Origin: Octopus sinensis
Lineage: Eukaryota
Assembly: GCF_006345805.1 (NCBI RefSeq)
Contig: NC_043006.1
Location: 87,048,001-87,112,000, forward strand
Direction: 5' to 3'
Length of the DNA stretch: 64,000 bases
The notes below the pieces were generated by a model. That model had not been told where the DNA came from. It saw nothing but the letters and a program-made list of their open reading frames with translations, and did no database searches. Shown piece after piece: positions 39,052-53,205 of this stretch; position 1 is the first letter of the stretch, and every line of letters starts with the position of its first letter. A program made the position numbers and the translations under genes.

Positions 39052-39182
39052 TGATAGAGGTAACAGAGTGACTCAAGGGCTGGGAGTTTCGTACATTAGC
39101 ACTTATCAAACTTTGATTCACAAAGTTTTGTAAGTGCTAACACGAAATTCTCACCCCTTCAGTTACTCTGTTGCTTCTATCA
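39052..39182. repeat. 131-bp imperfect hairpin (MITE-like)
   Basis: The arm at 39052-39115 pairs with 39121-39182 around a 5-nt loop. Most substitutions are G.U compatible. Confidence 0.75.
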
Positions 39183-39419
39183 AGTATAAATAACACACAC
39201 ACTCATACACATAAATATATATATATTCTTTCTATGTTACAAAAAATATATTAGTGGTCAGTAGAACTTTATGTTAGGAGTAGTTAAAGTCTTATATAGG
39301 TTAATTCGTGTGTCTGTGTGTTTAACAATTTGTGACTTAATTTTGCATTTCTCGAAATTTCACAGATACTGTTGATCTAATTGTCAAGGAAGCTTGGAAT
39401 TTAAAGAGTACTGATTGTA

Positions 39420-42000
39420 ATTGGATAATTCGTAAGGTTAAAGTTTACATCACATAGTCTGCTTAGCTAATCTAATGGTGGCTTTTTAGGTGACTACTAA
39501 ATGACCATTAGAAGTTGTAGCAGCAGCCGAAAGTGGAATAACACTGATGCAAGTAGATTTTCAGCACTAGTGTGAGAAAATTTCTCTCATATAATGGTTT
39601 AAAATCAACTAATAGGAGGCACTGTTGATGGCAGTTCTATGAGAGTAGAGTCTTCTTATTAAGGGATCCAATATGTGCAACAAAGACATAAGTTGAGCTT
39701 TCTCCATTTAATACTGTGAAGCTCAAGTCCCTGATCCTGATGTCTGTAATTTCAAATGGGACAAAGTGGTAGAGTTTTCCTAATCTCTGAACCTAAGAGT
39801 ACATATGGTAAATGAAACTTCCTTTGAAGTCATTGGTTGTGTGTCTGATTTAATGTCTCTGGACACCATCAGATGGAGTGAAGGTTATCCTATGAACCAC
39901 TGTCTTAAAATATTAGAATGCTTGCTGAGGAACGATGGATTGGTTTAAACATTTGGAAGTGTGACATGGGAATAGAAGCTGCAGTTTGCATTTTAGCAAG
40001 CAATATTGAAAGAAATGTTATTTTGACAGAACAAACTAACTGTGAACATAAACAAGCTTGCGGCATTTATTTATGAATTTTTGAGAAATGCTCCCTGCTA
40101 TATTTGTAGATATCGAGATTAAACAGTTTAAACCAAGTTATTTTCTTCTTCCTAGCTTACTTCAGAAGTTGTGTTGGAGGATCCACTATGTACATAAATA
40201 TCTTGTTAAACCCACTGATTGCTTACATGTTTAATATGTTTGATATGGTTGTCTCCTCACTGAACTATTTTAAAGGCAACGTTTTCCTGTCTGAAGAAAT
40301 GTGCAAGCTGTTAGATTGAGGTTGTGCACTTCATTTCAACATTTATCTAGAACACTGTCAAGAAGCATACACAATTCTGGAATGGCCTCACAGTTGCAAG
40401 TTATGTAAATGGTTATGCCAGCGGTAGATTTAGAGAGAACTAAATTTATATTAATGCAAATTCCAACCAACCTAGCTATAATTAGAAACTTAGTGACCAT
40501 TTTTATGAGATGAGTCTTCATTTTATCCTCCTATACAGATATCCTTGACTGAGCCACAAACCATTGCAGTGAGGCATGAGCTAGGGATGACTTTATTCAG
40601 GTTCAACCTCCAAAAATCTTCTGTTAATAACTTTTCTTTAGTACTTTTAATTACTCTTTTGGTCTTCTCCTTCTGAAGGTTCCCTTCAGTTGTTTACCAA
40701 ACAGTCTTTCCCATTTGTCCATACCAGTTCAGTTGCCTCTTCTACAAACTACATCTAATACCTCTTATTTTCAAACTTTCTCTCACCAGAGCATGTTCAA
40801 CTCCATTCTGTTCAACCTTTGCTCACCCAGTTCATTCAAGATGCATATTTTCCTATCATACATCTTCACAATTAAAACATGAGCATTATACAATCTAATC
40901 TATTATTCTCTCAGAAAATCAATCCTTTTGTTGTCATCAAAGACATAGCTCCCTTAGCTTTGTCTTCTCCATTCTTGCTCTGGGTACTAAACATTCAGAA
41001 CACATTCTTCCACTGCTAATTAGAATACCTAAATAACAGAAGCTATTGACAATTGCTAGAAAGCATTCCGAGCATGTCTAAGAATTTATTTCATGAGTGA
41101 TAAGCTAATTACTGCTGCAGATATGCTATTTGTGAAACTCTTCAAGTCTGTCAGCCTCCCTTTTGCAAGTCCTTTTGCATCCACTGGACACAGAGTATAG
41201 AATTTCTGTCTATTCTTTTTCTACAGAATATGCATCCGAGTGTGATCGTTGCCAGAGCGACTATCTGGCCTCCATGCCGGTGACATGTAAAAGACACCAT
41301 TCGAGCGTGATCATTACCAGCATCGCCTACTGGCACCTGTGCCGGCGGCATGTGTAGAAGATTTGAGCGAGGTCATTGCCAGTACCACCTGACTGGCCCC
41401 ATACCGGTGGCACGTAAAAGCACCCACTACACTCTCGGAGTGGTTGGCGTTAGGAAGGACATCCAGCTGTAGAAACTCTGCCAGATCAAGATTGAAGCCT
41501 GGTGCAGCCATCTCAGTCACTCATCCAACCCATGCTAGCATGGAAAGCGGACGTTAAACAATAAATGATGATGCATAACAAATTTCTAGATGATTGTAGC
41601 ATTCCTTCTTTTTTCTTGTAAACTAAGTTGGTCTTTGCTAAGTTTAATTTGTGATCTTTTGATTCTAGGCATTGCTTCCACATTTGAAATTATTTCACTA
41701 ATTCTTTAAACAGATTTAGTTACAAGAACTAGATCAACACCTGAATAAAAATATTCTCATAATCAGCTGATCTTTAACTACTCTGTTATGGACAAGGGAA
41801 CTAAAATAAAGAAGAATGTGACTGAGAACTGAAACCTGATTGACATGTACTGCAAGCTCAATGAATATATTGTAAATAATTTGTGATACTTGCTCACTGA
41901 CAGCAACCCTGAACATGACTTCCACACCTTGCAAAAGCTTCTTAATTATACACACATACACCATTATTAAGAGTGGAGCAAAATATATTTTGTTTATTTA
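39420..42000 (-). mobile_element. Possible very old Ty3/gypsy gag-pol remnant, interrupted by a SINE
   Basis: Weak minus-strand similarity only: a gag-like tract (VVKDQLIMRI) near 41.75 kb and an RNase H-like tract (FEITD..SG.G) near 39.75 kb. No LTRs identified. Confidence 0.3.
41230..41575 (+). mobile_element. SINE 3' portion with internal minisatellite and ...catggaaagcggacgttaaac tail
   Basis: CpG-rich and near-intact. Related fragments lie at 9.5, 9.9, 17.2-17.8, 18.5, 32.3, 36.4 and 44.7 kb. Confidence 0.75.
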
Positions 42001-42802
42001 TTATTACTGTTAGTTTGTTTGAAGGAAAATTAATAAATGATGTACAAACAATATTTTTTTCTCAAATTCATTAGAGAGAATTTATAACAAATTAATAAAA
42101 TATACATTGTTTACATATGGAACTTCAATGTTATTATTAATTTCTAAGAGACAGATATTTTATGCATCAACAGACAAGAACACGGATGCATACTGATGAG
42201 GTTCTTAACACAAAGTTATGACAAATCTACCGACAGAAATGAAAGCAAGTACAAAACACACACACACATGAGCTCATGCATATGTGTGTGTACATGTATT
42301 CTTTTATTGGACTGTGACCATATTGAAGCACTACCTATGCAATTTATACTGTTTCTTAGAGTTTTGGTGGTTGGGAGAGTCTGTTACTGCTACCTTCAGT
42401 TGTATCTCCTGGAGTAATGTTGCTTCATCTGGAATCACAAATAGTAAAATAACCAGGTGCTTTTTCGATGTGTATACATTCACTCCATGCAAAACAGATA
42501 ATACAAAACTGAGGGCCTTTGAACCCTAGGCTGTTACAGGGATCCTGAATTTCAATGAGAAGGTGGGACATTCAGGATTATGCAGTGGTGACTAGTTTGA
42601 GGATTTGTTAGGTTTCAATACTGGTGTTTGGCATGAGTCCTTCAAGAAACTTGAGTCCTTCAAGAAACTCCAACATATAGATTCCCATTATCTTTGCTGT
42701 CTTCTTCCCAAGAAATTGAGTTTTATCACTTTCAACATTTCCCAGTAGCTTAGCTGTTGCACTTATTGGCTTGCTTCTAAATTTACTATTAGTTTAATAG
42801 TG

Positions 42803-42847
<45 letters not shown>

Positions 42848-43356
42848 TTACTTGAATGTTTCTATGTCTGTTTTCTGTTTAGCCACATGTTAACCATGGT
42901 TAAACAGATATATGTTCAAAAGTATCCCGTCTATGATCATTCCAATATATTTTTTTACAGTTATTTTTCATCCAGGACTTTGTGTCTTTTTTCTAAAACT
43001 GCTGATCTAACAGTTTAAAAAAAAATTTAGTTACAACTTCTAGGAGGTTGAGCGACCATACAGAGGCCTTCACATTATCAAGGAATAAATCATGGAAAAT
43101 GTGCTTTAGATTGATCAAATGTATTTAAGACTAATGGGATTATCATTAAATTTCCATTCTTGAAATCTCAAAGTAAATATGTAGCTTCTACACAGCAGAT
43201 TAAAAACATATAAAGTCTGTACAAATCATTTCTCTAAATAATTAATATATATAAAAAAATTTAGCTCTATTTATTAGCAATTTGTGATTTAATATTTCGT
43301 ATTCATAGACTTTCTAACTGAAGTTTTCATGTATCAAATGCCTAATATAATATTTT

Positions 43357-43750
43357 ACTAGCAGTATTGCCCGGCGTTGCTCAGGTTTGTTTCGACCCTT
43401 TAGAATTGGAATTTTTGAAAAGTAAAAATTTTGCATTATGCAGCTTGTTATTCTCTTTAAGTGAACATTTTTCTGGTTGAAATACACCGAGAAAGGGTGA
43501 CACAGCAGTCAAAAAATCGTAAAAAATAGGGATTTTCATAGAAAAAAAGCACCTTTTTGATGCAAATAATTTTGGGTGTTAACATGGTTCGATTTGAATT
43601 TTTTCTTCTACGGAAGAAAGAGCAAGCCTTCTTCTATCATACTCTCAATTTTGGTCAACTTGCACTGCAGGGTCTCGGAGGAGATAGTGTTAGTTGAAGG
43701 CTACCAAACCTGCCATACACAGACAACTTCAGCTTTATATAGAGAGAGAT
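43357..43750 (+). mobile_element. Non-autonomous Helentron/DINE-1-like element
   Basis: Starts actagcagtattgcccggcgttgctc and ends acagacaacttcagctttatatagagagagat, the terminal pattern typical of HINE/DINE-1 elements. Confidence 0.6.
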
Positions 43751-44958
43751 CTATTTCATATTGCAATGTTGCTAAGTAGCATTGCTGTAGGTCATTTTCA
43801 ATGGAACCATCATGGCTTTATTGCATTTATGAAGATGAAAGAGACAGGGAAGTGTCTGTATCCGAGTACAGCATAAATATCTTGATGGGATGCGGTTGAA
43901 AGGAGGATTTCTGGTCTTTTGGATTTTATATAACCTTTTAACTTTACATAACTCTACATTTTATATAACCTTTGCTGATATACACTGGTGAATGTATGTA
44001 ATATATACAAATATATATTGTGGATATACTACATAATAGAGCCTTCCTCAAAGTTTCTTCATGTGAACTTCTACACATAAGATATTATTAGTCAACTCAT
44101 GGCAACATTTGAAGACTCCTGCCTCATGTACAGTATATTAGGAGTAAACTGGAGCCATGTAGTGGTAAATAAAATGTTTAACCACATAGCCATACTTGTA
44201 CCCACTCAATGAAGCTAAGGAGATTTAACAATATACATCTTTCCAACCTCATCTCAGTTTTAACCAAAGAATATATATATATAAAGATTTTTACCAGCTG
44301 TGATAAAATTGCTGCCAGTTAAACAACTATCATTTAAGAGTACAACAAGGTTTACTAAGAATGAATGATTGGTTGAGAGTGATGAGCAGATCTGCTAAGA
44401 CATGTATTCAGTTTAATTAACAATAATACTCAGACTAGATAATAATGACATCCAGATTTGTTAACAAAGGTATAAAGCCTAACATATAATCACAGCATTT
44501 ATGCTTTTAACAAGTACAAAATTGTTGTGAGTAATTAACTCCAAATTAATGATAATGTTGTTAACAAAAAATTAAGTATTATTCATTATTATTTCAAACT
44601 CCATCATCAAATCACATACTTTAGTGAAAGAGACAGGTGATCAAACCAGCTTTGATCAAACCCTTTAATGTAATGTAAAGCTGACCATGGTAACATTTGA
44701 ACACATAAACCAAAGATCATCATCATTTAACACCCATTTTCCATACTGGCATGGATTAGACAGTTTGAATGGTGAGCCACAGAGCTGCACCAAGCTCCTG
44801 GCATCTGTCTAGACGCCCTTCCTAATGCCAACCACTTTACAGAGTGTACTGGGTATTTTTTACATTGTCACCAGCATAAGTGCCTTTTATGTGTCACTGG
44901 CATGGGTGCCTTTTACATGTCATCAGCACTGGCAATGACCATGATTTGCTTAGCTTAA

Positions 44959-45179
44959 CCCTTTCATTACCAGCCCAGCCCAGCTGAAACTGGCTCTGAC
45001 TCTGAGTACAAATGTCTTGTTTTCATAAGTTTTGAATTAAAAATCTTCCACCTTAGTCACAATTTATGTTCCTAACACTAGCTGAATGATAATGAAGTTA
45101 TTTTACTAAATTCTTTGTTATATTTAAAATAATTGAAAGAAACACAGAGCATCTCAAAATAAATACAGTAACGAAAGGG
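44959..45179. mobile_element. piggyBac-type MITE (second family)
   Basis: TTAA at 44955-44958 and 45180-45183; TIR CCCTTTCATTAC / GTAACGAAAGGG. Confidence 0.87.
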
Positions 45180-47542
45180 TTAATGCTTCTTCTTAAGCAC
45201 AGCAACTTGCTTGAAGTTTCAGTCACCTGTTATCTCCTTTATGAGACTCAACAACCAAAGATCATATTTCATCGTCTCATCCCACATATTTCTGAGTCTA
45301 CTGCTTCCACAGCTTCCCTTCCCAATTATAGATCAGCACTTCTTTACACAAGTGTCCTCATCCATGTGCATCACATAACCATATTAGCTCAGTCTTCTTT
45401 CTTGCACACTACGCCTGATGCTGCTTTTACCCAATTTTCTCTTAAGACACTTACACACTGTCACACATGCATACTGACATTGCACATCCAGCAGAAACAT
45501 TAGCTCCATTTCTTTCAAGCCATTGCACAATCTCTGCAGCCACAGCCATTGTCTCACTGCCATATAGCATGGTTGTTCATTCACAAAGACAGATAATTAA
45601 ATACTGCAAGACATTTTAGGAGTGAGGGAGGAAAACAGTCATTCTTAAAAGCAAGGCCTTTTGATTTATAAGTTGTATAAAGAGAAAAATGTAACATTCA
45701 TATGGTGAATGTTGGTAAGATTGATGCGACCATTTATAAATGTTACTTTTTTGAAATAAAATATTCTTATGTTGTTATTTATATTTCCCATTTTTTATCT
45801 TCCACTACCAATCTGAACAATTATTACTCCCAATCTCCATTAGTACCAATCTGCAAATAGTATTATTATCTGCATGTTATTATCGCAACTTCTATATTTG
45901 ATTTTTGTTTTCCTGAAAATTAATAGCAAAATTATTTCCTTTATTCCATCAAACACTCACACATACACACATATATTTTTTCATACATATATTTTGTTAA
46001 TTCATTCATAACAATCATCTCTGAAAGCTCTACAGATACCAAAATATTCTGTCATTAGTTACTGCCAATGCCATAAACATCAGAAAGAATATTTCCAATA
46101 CTTCCTCCATTATGTCTACCACAAATCATTGCACCTCCTCTGTTACTATTTCAACTGCATGCTAACCAACCCAAAGAGAGAAAATAGTGACTGCACATAA
46201 GTGTTATTCTTCAACATTAACAAGTATCGTTTTGCTCTACTTCACAATTCACTTAAAAGTACACACAAATTTCACATCACCAAATTATATGAAGCTGAAA
46301 AAAATTTATCAAGTGACTTTGCAGAAATTAGATTAGTTTGTTTATTTGATTTTGACCTTCGTTTTTCCATGCTTGGGTTAGACAGGCATATTTTTAGAAC
46401 ATTGCCTGCTTTTCAAGTAAAACATCTCTTATTTCACACATCTTCAAAGATGTAAAGCATTTTAGATGATTTGAAGTAATGACAACAACATTCATAGCTC
46501 ATCTTTCATAGAGCTCCAGTATAAAGAAAAACATGAACACATACATGTGCACACACACATATATATACATATACAAAATGGACTTTCAGTCTTTATCTAC
46601 CAAATTCACTCATGAGGCTTTAGTCAACTAGGAGCTATAGTAGCACTGTCCTCATAGTGGAAATGAACTAGAAATCAAATTATTGGGAAGGGAATTTCTT
46701 AATTGCACAGCCATGCCCGTTCTTATTAGGTTCTTAGGAAAATTAGTCTTAGAACTTTTATATTTTTGTATTTGTTTCATAAGATTCTTGATGCAAACTT
46801 ATGTGGAAACAGAATTTGTTGTATTTCAGAAGTTTATTGTATCTATTTCCTGTCTTTATTATTCTCCAGTTGGCTAGTTATTTAACAAAGTAACCAATTG
46901 AGTGTTTGATTTAGTTAATTAAGCAATTAGTTGTGTCTGCCAAAGTCATGTCATTGCCACTCACAACCTCTTAAAGACATGACCTCAGATTTGAAGCTGA
47001 CCTGGAGTAGAGAGGGTATGTCATTGAAGAGACCATGGATGGCAATGAAAGGACTTTGGCAAACACATCTGAATGATTGATTAACCAAATGATTAATCAG
47101 ACGATTATTTAGTTGATTAAACAACTAACTACTTGGCGATAATAAAGAAGTGAAATTGAACCAGTGTGTGTGTGTTTATTATTAGCATAATGACCCTCCT
47201 AAGATAGTAGAAAATCTTAGAACCACCCAGAACATGTTGAAGAGTCAGATAAAACTTTAAAGTAATGCTGTTAGTTCTCTTGCTTGTCTTAGACATTAGG
47301 GCCATGCCCATGTTGGAGCTCTGCCAGACTGAAGTAAACATATGGAGAGTTAATGTAGTTCTATAACTAATAGAGCACTTTAAAAAATATCTGAGTAGTT
47401 ATTTTGTCCACTATTGGAAGTGTGTGGGCTAAATGGAGTTATAAACAGTTTAGAAGTTGAATAAATTGATTTGTCATGTAAAAGAGCAAAAGATTTAAAA
47501 TTTCTAGCAGTACACTTCATCTACAAGTGCTGTTTGCTGATG

Positions 47543-47604
<62 letters not shown>

Positions 47605-48512
47605 AACAGAGACAGGCAGACAGCTAGAAAGAACAGCGAAGAATACATGGAGTTAACATTGGCAGGATTCAACTTCAGACCTATGTTGTGGAGACTGACC
47701 TTTCCTTTTTACCATCAGTAAAAATCAATAAGTAAAATGAATTTGTCCAAGTGGGGAGAGGATACAGCACTGTGATGTATGAATGAAAAAGGATTGGATC
47801 CTATCTATATACTCTTCTTCCAATGAATACTACACTTTGCTTATATTCAGAAACATAAAACATACAAAATTTCCCACTAACCATACCTCTGTTTGCAATA
47901 TCAATTAACCAGTTCTAGTTGATATATGTAGACAAGCGAGTTTCTACTGTATTTATTTATTTATTTTGCTTTCAATGCATATATTTTAATTCTATTATTT
48001 TTTCTTCTTCATAATAACCACTACAATAAAAACTATTTATTAACAACAGATATTATACTTTAACACCAAATCCCTGATTCTTACATAAAATCAATGTCTC
48101 CTTCTCTTATACATAATATTTTTGAACTATTTTAAATAGATTCCATACATATGTGTAAATAAATATTACATACGTATATCCTTTTTTTCATATTGAATTT
48201 GCTTTACACAAATTTAATCAGAGTAAAAAATCCCAAAGACAATATTTAGAAAAAAAAGATAACAACACAAAATGCAGTACAATGAGTGATTTAGAGAAAA
48301 ACTGAGCTTAAATGTTTTTCTCAATTGTTTTTCTTATGTTTGAAAGCTTAAAAATAATTTCTATATTTGATTCTTAATAACATAAGCTGAAAATGTGTAA
48401 TACAGTATTCTAAATAGCTTTGAAGTAGATGCAGAGAAAGATATAAAACAAACAAATGTTCCATAAAAATGACATCAACAATAACAGAACATATACACCA
48501 CTCAAAATGCAA

Positions 48513-48556
<44 letters not shown>

Positions 48557-49074
48557 CAATAATAATAATAAAAGCAAAAATAAATATGGAAATGATGGCA
48601 AACAGAATCAATATTATTTTCAATTCGGGATATATGACAGAAAATGTTAAAGATTTGAACATTTTTCTCACAGTTGAATATGAATATAAAATATATAAAA
48701 ATGCATAATATTTTTTCTTTCATTATGTTTCTCAACAATAAAATAAAATAAAATAAAATAAAATAAAATAAAACAGAAATGGAAATTCTGGATATAAAAT
48801 ATTTACGGATATTTGAAGTATGAAAAAGAAAATGAGAGGAAAAATGCAAACAAAGAAGCTGTTAGAAATAATTTCAATTTCAATTTTTTTTTTTTAATTC
48901 CTAAAATTCATCATGTAGAAAAAAAAGAACAAATTTTTATATCTTAAGTATTGTTATTGTTGTTGTCATTGTGGTTGTTATTTATATTTTTGTCAGATGA
49001 CTTCTATTAAACAATATAATTCTTTCACTCTGCCATTTCAGAACATATTTGATTTCACTTCTATTTCTTGTGGG

Positions 49075-49113
<39 letters not shown>

Positions 49114-49160
49114 GTTATTATTATTCATCAATTCATTTCAAGAAATATTGTCATTTATAA

Positions 49161-49213
<53 letters not shown>

Positions 49214-51099
49214 ACATATAAAGTAGATAGATATAGCCTAAAGGATAAGCATTCAGATTTAGATCAACTAAATTATTTGTTCATTGAATTAAAAATATAA
49301 GTGGCTGAGTATTCCACAGATATTGTACCCTAAATAAACTTCAGGCAGAATCAGCTTGACAATGTGTAAAAATGCTATACTTTTGAATTACAGGTACAAT
49401 GCTCCTGACATTAGGGTTGCCACCATCATTGTTAGTATGATAAAAGATGAATTTGGAGAGAATGTGGAAATGCTAAAGTAAAGTAGGGGTAAGTAGTTTT
49501 GAGTTGTGAATAATAGTGAGATGGAAAAAGAAAGAAATTGTGGTAGTAAAATTGCTGGGATCAGTTGTTATTTTCGATTCTTTATATGTTTATTGTTAAA
49601 AGATTTATTGGACACAATCATCCAAGAAAGAACTGCAAAGTAAGGTAAGAAAATTCTTTTTTTATACATTGAGATAGTTGTGGACAGGTTCTGTAGTTAT
49701 GTGAAAATGAGAGAGAAATTTGGAGGGAGAGAGAGAGAGAGTGTGAGAAAGAAAGAGAGAGAGAGAAACAGAGAGAGAGAGAGAAAGAAAGAGAGAGAGA
49801 TAGAGAGAGAGAGAAACAGAGTGAGAGAAACAGAGAGAGGGTGAGTGAATGAATTTGAATATCATCTACTTTAGTATAATGTTAAATTTTGTAGGTTTTT
49901 GGCTGTTTGTATTGTAGACTCTTTGTATTTGGCAGATATGACCATCTACATCAACTAATAGTGAATAGAGCTGGACATAACATGATTGCATTCTGTTCAA
50001 CCATCTACTCAGTTCTCACAGCATCTTTTTTTTTTCTCTTACGGTGAAGTTAGCTTATTTAAAACATGATTGATTTGCAGTCAACAACTTTGATTTGTTA
50101 GCTTAATGGTGGCATCAGTATTCAGTAGTAAGCATTCAGTAGCATTCAGCTAGATTTTGTTCATGAAAATTTTCCTAATTGGACACAAAATCCCAGTCCA
50201 GGTTCAACTTGAGACAAAAATTTGCTGCAAGATGTTGAAAAAAGATTACATTGTCATGTTTTAGTTCCCAAAGATTCTGTAATAGATGCATTATATATCT
50301 AGCATAAAGTATTTAGATTCCAGTTGGATGATGTCATGAGAAATGGTATGAAGTGAATGGTAGTATCATTTTGATAGGAATGTGTTTTGTTGCAAGTGAT
50401 AGACTGTAGATAATTTATTTATAGATAAAATAGTGGAGGAGACATTGTTGAATATTGGAGGACAGCAGAGTTCAGAGAATGTAGATCAAAGAGTACAAAA
50501 GAGTTCAAGGAGTGTGAGGTCTTTCACTAGATACTGCAACAGTTTAGTCAATTTAAGTGACTCTATTTTCTTTAAATTGTTGTATCAGTACTAGAAATCT
50601 TTGCTTTTATATATAGTAATAAATTAGTATTTATTGTTCCAGAAAATGGAAAGATTTAAACAGTCAGCACAACAAATGAAAGTATTTGAATCACTTGCAG
50701 AAGTGAGGCAGAACAATACAGGAACCATTTAAGAACACTATAATGCAATATATTGCAGGGTGTGAGCTTCAATATTTTAAATAATTACATGGTTCTATAC
50801 TACTGTTAACAACAACAACATGCAAGTGAAGCATTTTTGAATATTACAACAACTATTTCTAGTGAAGACACTAGTCCACACATTTTGAGAATAACAATTG
50901 ATTGCTGCTTCCAGTATTTCTCTGGTTCTAAATTAATCAAGACAGGAATAATAGAAAGCAAAGTCCAGATACGCAGAGTTTCAACTTAGAATGTAAACGA
51001 GTGCAAGTATTTTGTCCAATAGCCCTCTGGTGATTCTTCAAACCCACTGCCTTTATGAAAACAACAGCAATAAAAATATTTTTAAAACTGTCTACTTAC

Positions 51100-51220
51100 C
51101 AATTTTTGGTAAAGGGTAAGGTATCTCAAAGTATTCCTCATAGAAATCCAAAATTTTTATTGAACTCTCGAGTGCTAAATCAGTCATGTTGATATTCTGA
51201 GGTGGAGTAAAAATGTGGAC
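51100..51220 (-). CDS. Internal coding exon of an M1-family zinc aminopeptidase (ERAP1/ERAP2/LNPEP/APN-like)
   Basis: 121 nt, phase 0 to phase 1, bounded by ttttcttttatttccgctAG| and |GTaagtag. Encodes VHIFTPPQNINMTDLALESSIKILDFYEEYFEIPYPLPKI(D), with the M1 hallmark FYE.YF.I.YPLPK.D that precedes GAMEN. As I recall, length and phase equal the corresponding vertebrate ERAP1 exon. Confidence 0.92.
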
Positions 51221-52809
51221 CTAGCGGAAATAAAAGAAAAATGAATTCATTATAAAATAAGAAGTCAATAGAATCAAATTAAAATAATTATTAGTGAACT
51301 ACTTAATTCTGACTTCTTATTGAAACTGTTTCACTTCTCTCAGACTATTAGTTACCTTTGTCAAAATTTTTCTCATTTCTCACCCCAGAAAAATATGTCT
51401 TAAACCAAAAGAACGCACTTATTCCAATAAATAAAGACTTGGAAAGATTTCAAGTTGTGTCACAAAGCACAAGATTTATACAAAATATGGGTTCATTTTA
51501 TGTTTGTTGTAATATAGTAACTGATCAATCTAATGATGTGAGGGAGATTTTAAGTTTATATTTCTTCTCTCGTGACTTACACAGCAGCATTAATTAGCAA
51601 GGAAAATCGTAATATATTTGGTTAAACATATTTCTAATAATCATTTCTGTCAAAGCACAAAAACAAAATTGGCTTTGGCAAAGATTGAACTCAGAAATTA
51701 GAGCATGAAATATATATACAGCAAATTAGCTAATTCTTTTTGTCTGCTATTTGCATTATTTCTGCAGCATTAGCTTAAATGGAAATGTTAAATTTTGAAT
51801 TCATGTTTAAGAACGAACAATGTTCCACTGATTTCTCAGTGATCATCGTCACACTTATAAAGAGCTGTAAGTACAGCAACTGTGCACTACTTCAATAGCA
51901 ACAGTACTCTGAAAGAAAGAAACGGGGGAAAAAAGACATGCATTCATAATCAAATCACTAAGAACATAAATGAAAAGGAAGCAGAGGAAATATTAACACA
52001 ATTCGTACACACACATGCATACACATTTATGTAGATGAGGTTCATTGAGTTAAAAATGTAACAAGTGAACAAAATAGAGATATACACCTGAATGCAATAA
52101 AAACTTATCTATCCTTACTATTGTGACAAAAACAAGAATAAAAATAAAAGCTTTAAACTAATTACAAAAATCAAAATTTCTAAAGCTCACAGCAGGTTAA
52201 ATGAGCTGAAGTTTTATGCCTATACATGAAAGGAATTTTATAGACAGTAAAAAATTTATTGATTTCTTACACAGATAACATCACGAGTGTTTTAAGGCCA
52301 TTTTTTTTTTGTTAAAGTAGAGGTTAGTTTTGCAGTTTTTCCATTTCGTCTTACCCTCTACATTTTTGCCTCATGAACTCCGTTGCCCTTATTTCCTCCT
52401 CCTTGATACTCAGCCATGTCTTGGTTTTCTTCTTCTACTCCCTTCCCCATTCATTTCTACCACTTCTCTCATTCAGTCACTTACTTTTTCCCTCAGCACA
52501 ATTCTCATTACAACATCTATCATTGGCTCTATTCCCATCAACCTCTAAAATTCATTGTCTTTCTTTCTCCCTCAGTCATACTCTGTTCATTCACCAAACC
52601 ATTCTCACTTTTACTCTATCTAACATTCTCTACTTCATATTCGTTAGCCATGCCTCACTCCCAGAAACCAAAACTCTTCTCACACACACATCATGCATCT
52701 TTCTTTTCAGTTTTTTCTTTCCCTCTTATCAAGCTACTCAGTTTCCAGAAATTCTTTTGTGCTCAGCTCATTCTAGCCATTATTGTCAAATCTAATTCAT
52801 TCTTTTCCA

Positions 52810-53205
52810 TTCTTGTTCGGGTAAATTTTGGAGAGAGGTACAGTTGATTATATGGACCCCTCTGGTATTTTACCAACCCCAGAAGGATAAAAATCAAAGT
52901 TGACCTCTATGGAATTTTCGAGATGTGAAAAATTACAACTAAATACTATAAGGTGTGTAGCAAGATGCTGTAATGATTCTGCCAATTCACCCAGAGTATT
53001 AGTTTCAAATTTTGGTACAAGGCCAGTAATTTTGGGGGAGTAGTAGGTCAATTAGATTGACCCCAGTGATCAACTGGTACTTGTTTTATCTATCCCAAAA
53101 AGACAAAAGGCAAAGTTGACTTCAGTAGAGTTTGAACTCAGTAAGTAAAGACGAATGAAATGCCACTAAGTATTTTGCCTGTTACAGTTGCCAGCTCACA
53201 ACCTT
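52810..53205 (-). mobile_element. Two tandem OR-type SINE copies
   Basis: Same plus-strand signature as the 29-31 kb array. Confidence 0.8.

Noticed and set aside
42188-42250. CTGATGAG...GAAAG hammerhead-like words
   Set aside because: No convincing stem I, II or III.
50643-50761. Plus-strand AG/GT-bounded segment starting MERFKQSAQQMKVFESLAE
   Set aside because: No recognisable protein and no partner exons; such signals arise by chance. The same applies to 35258-35421.
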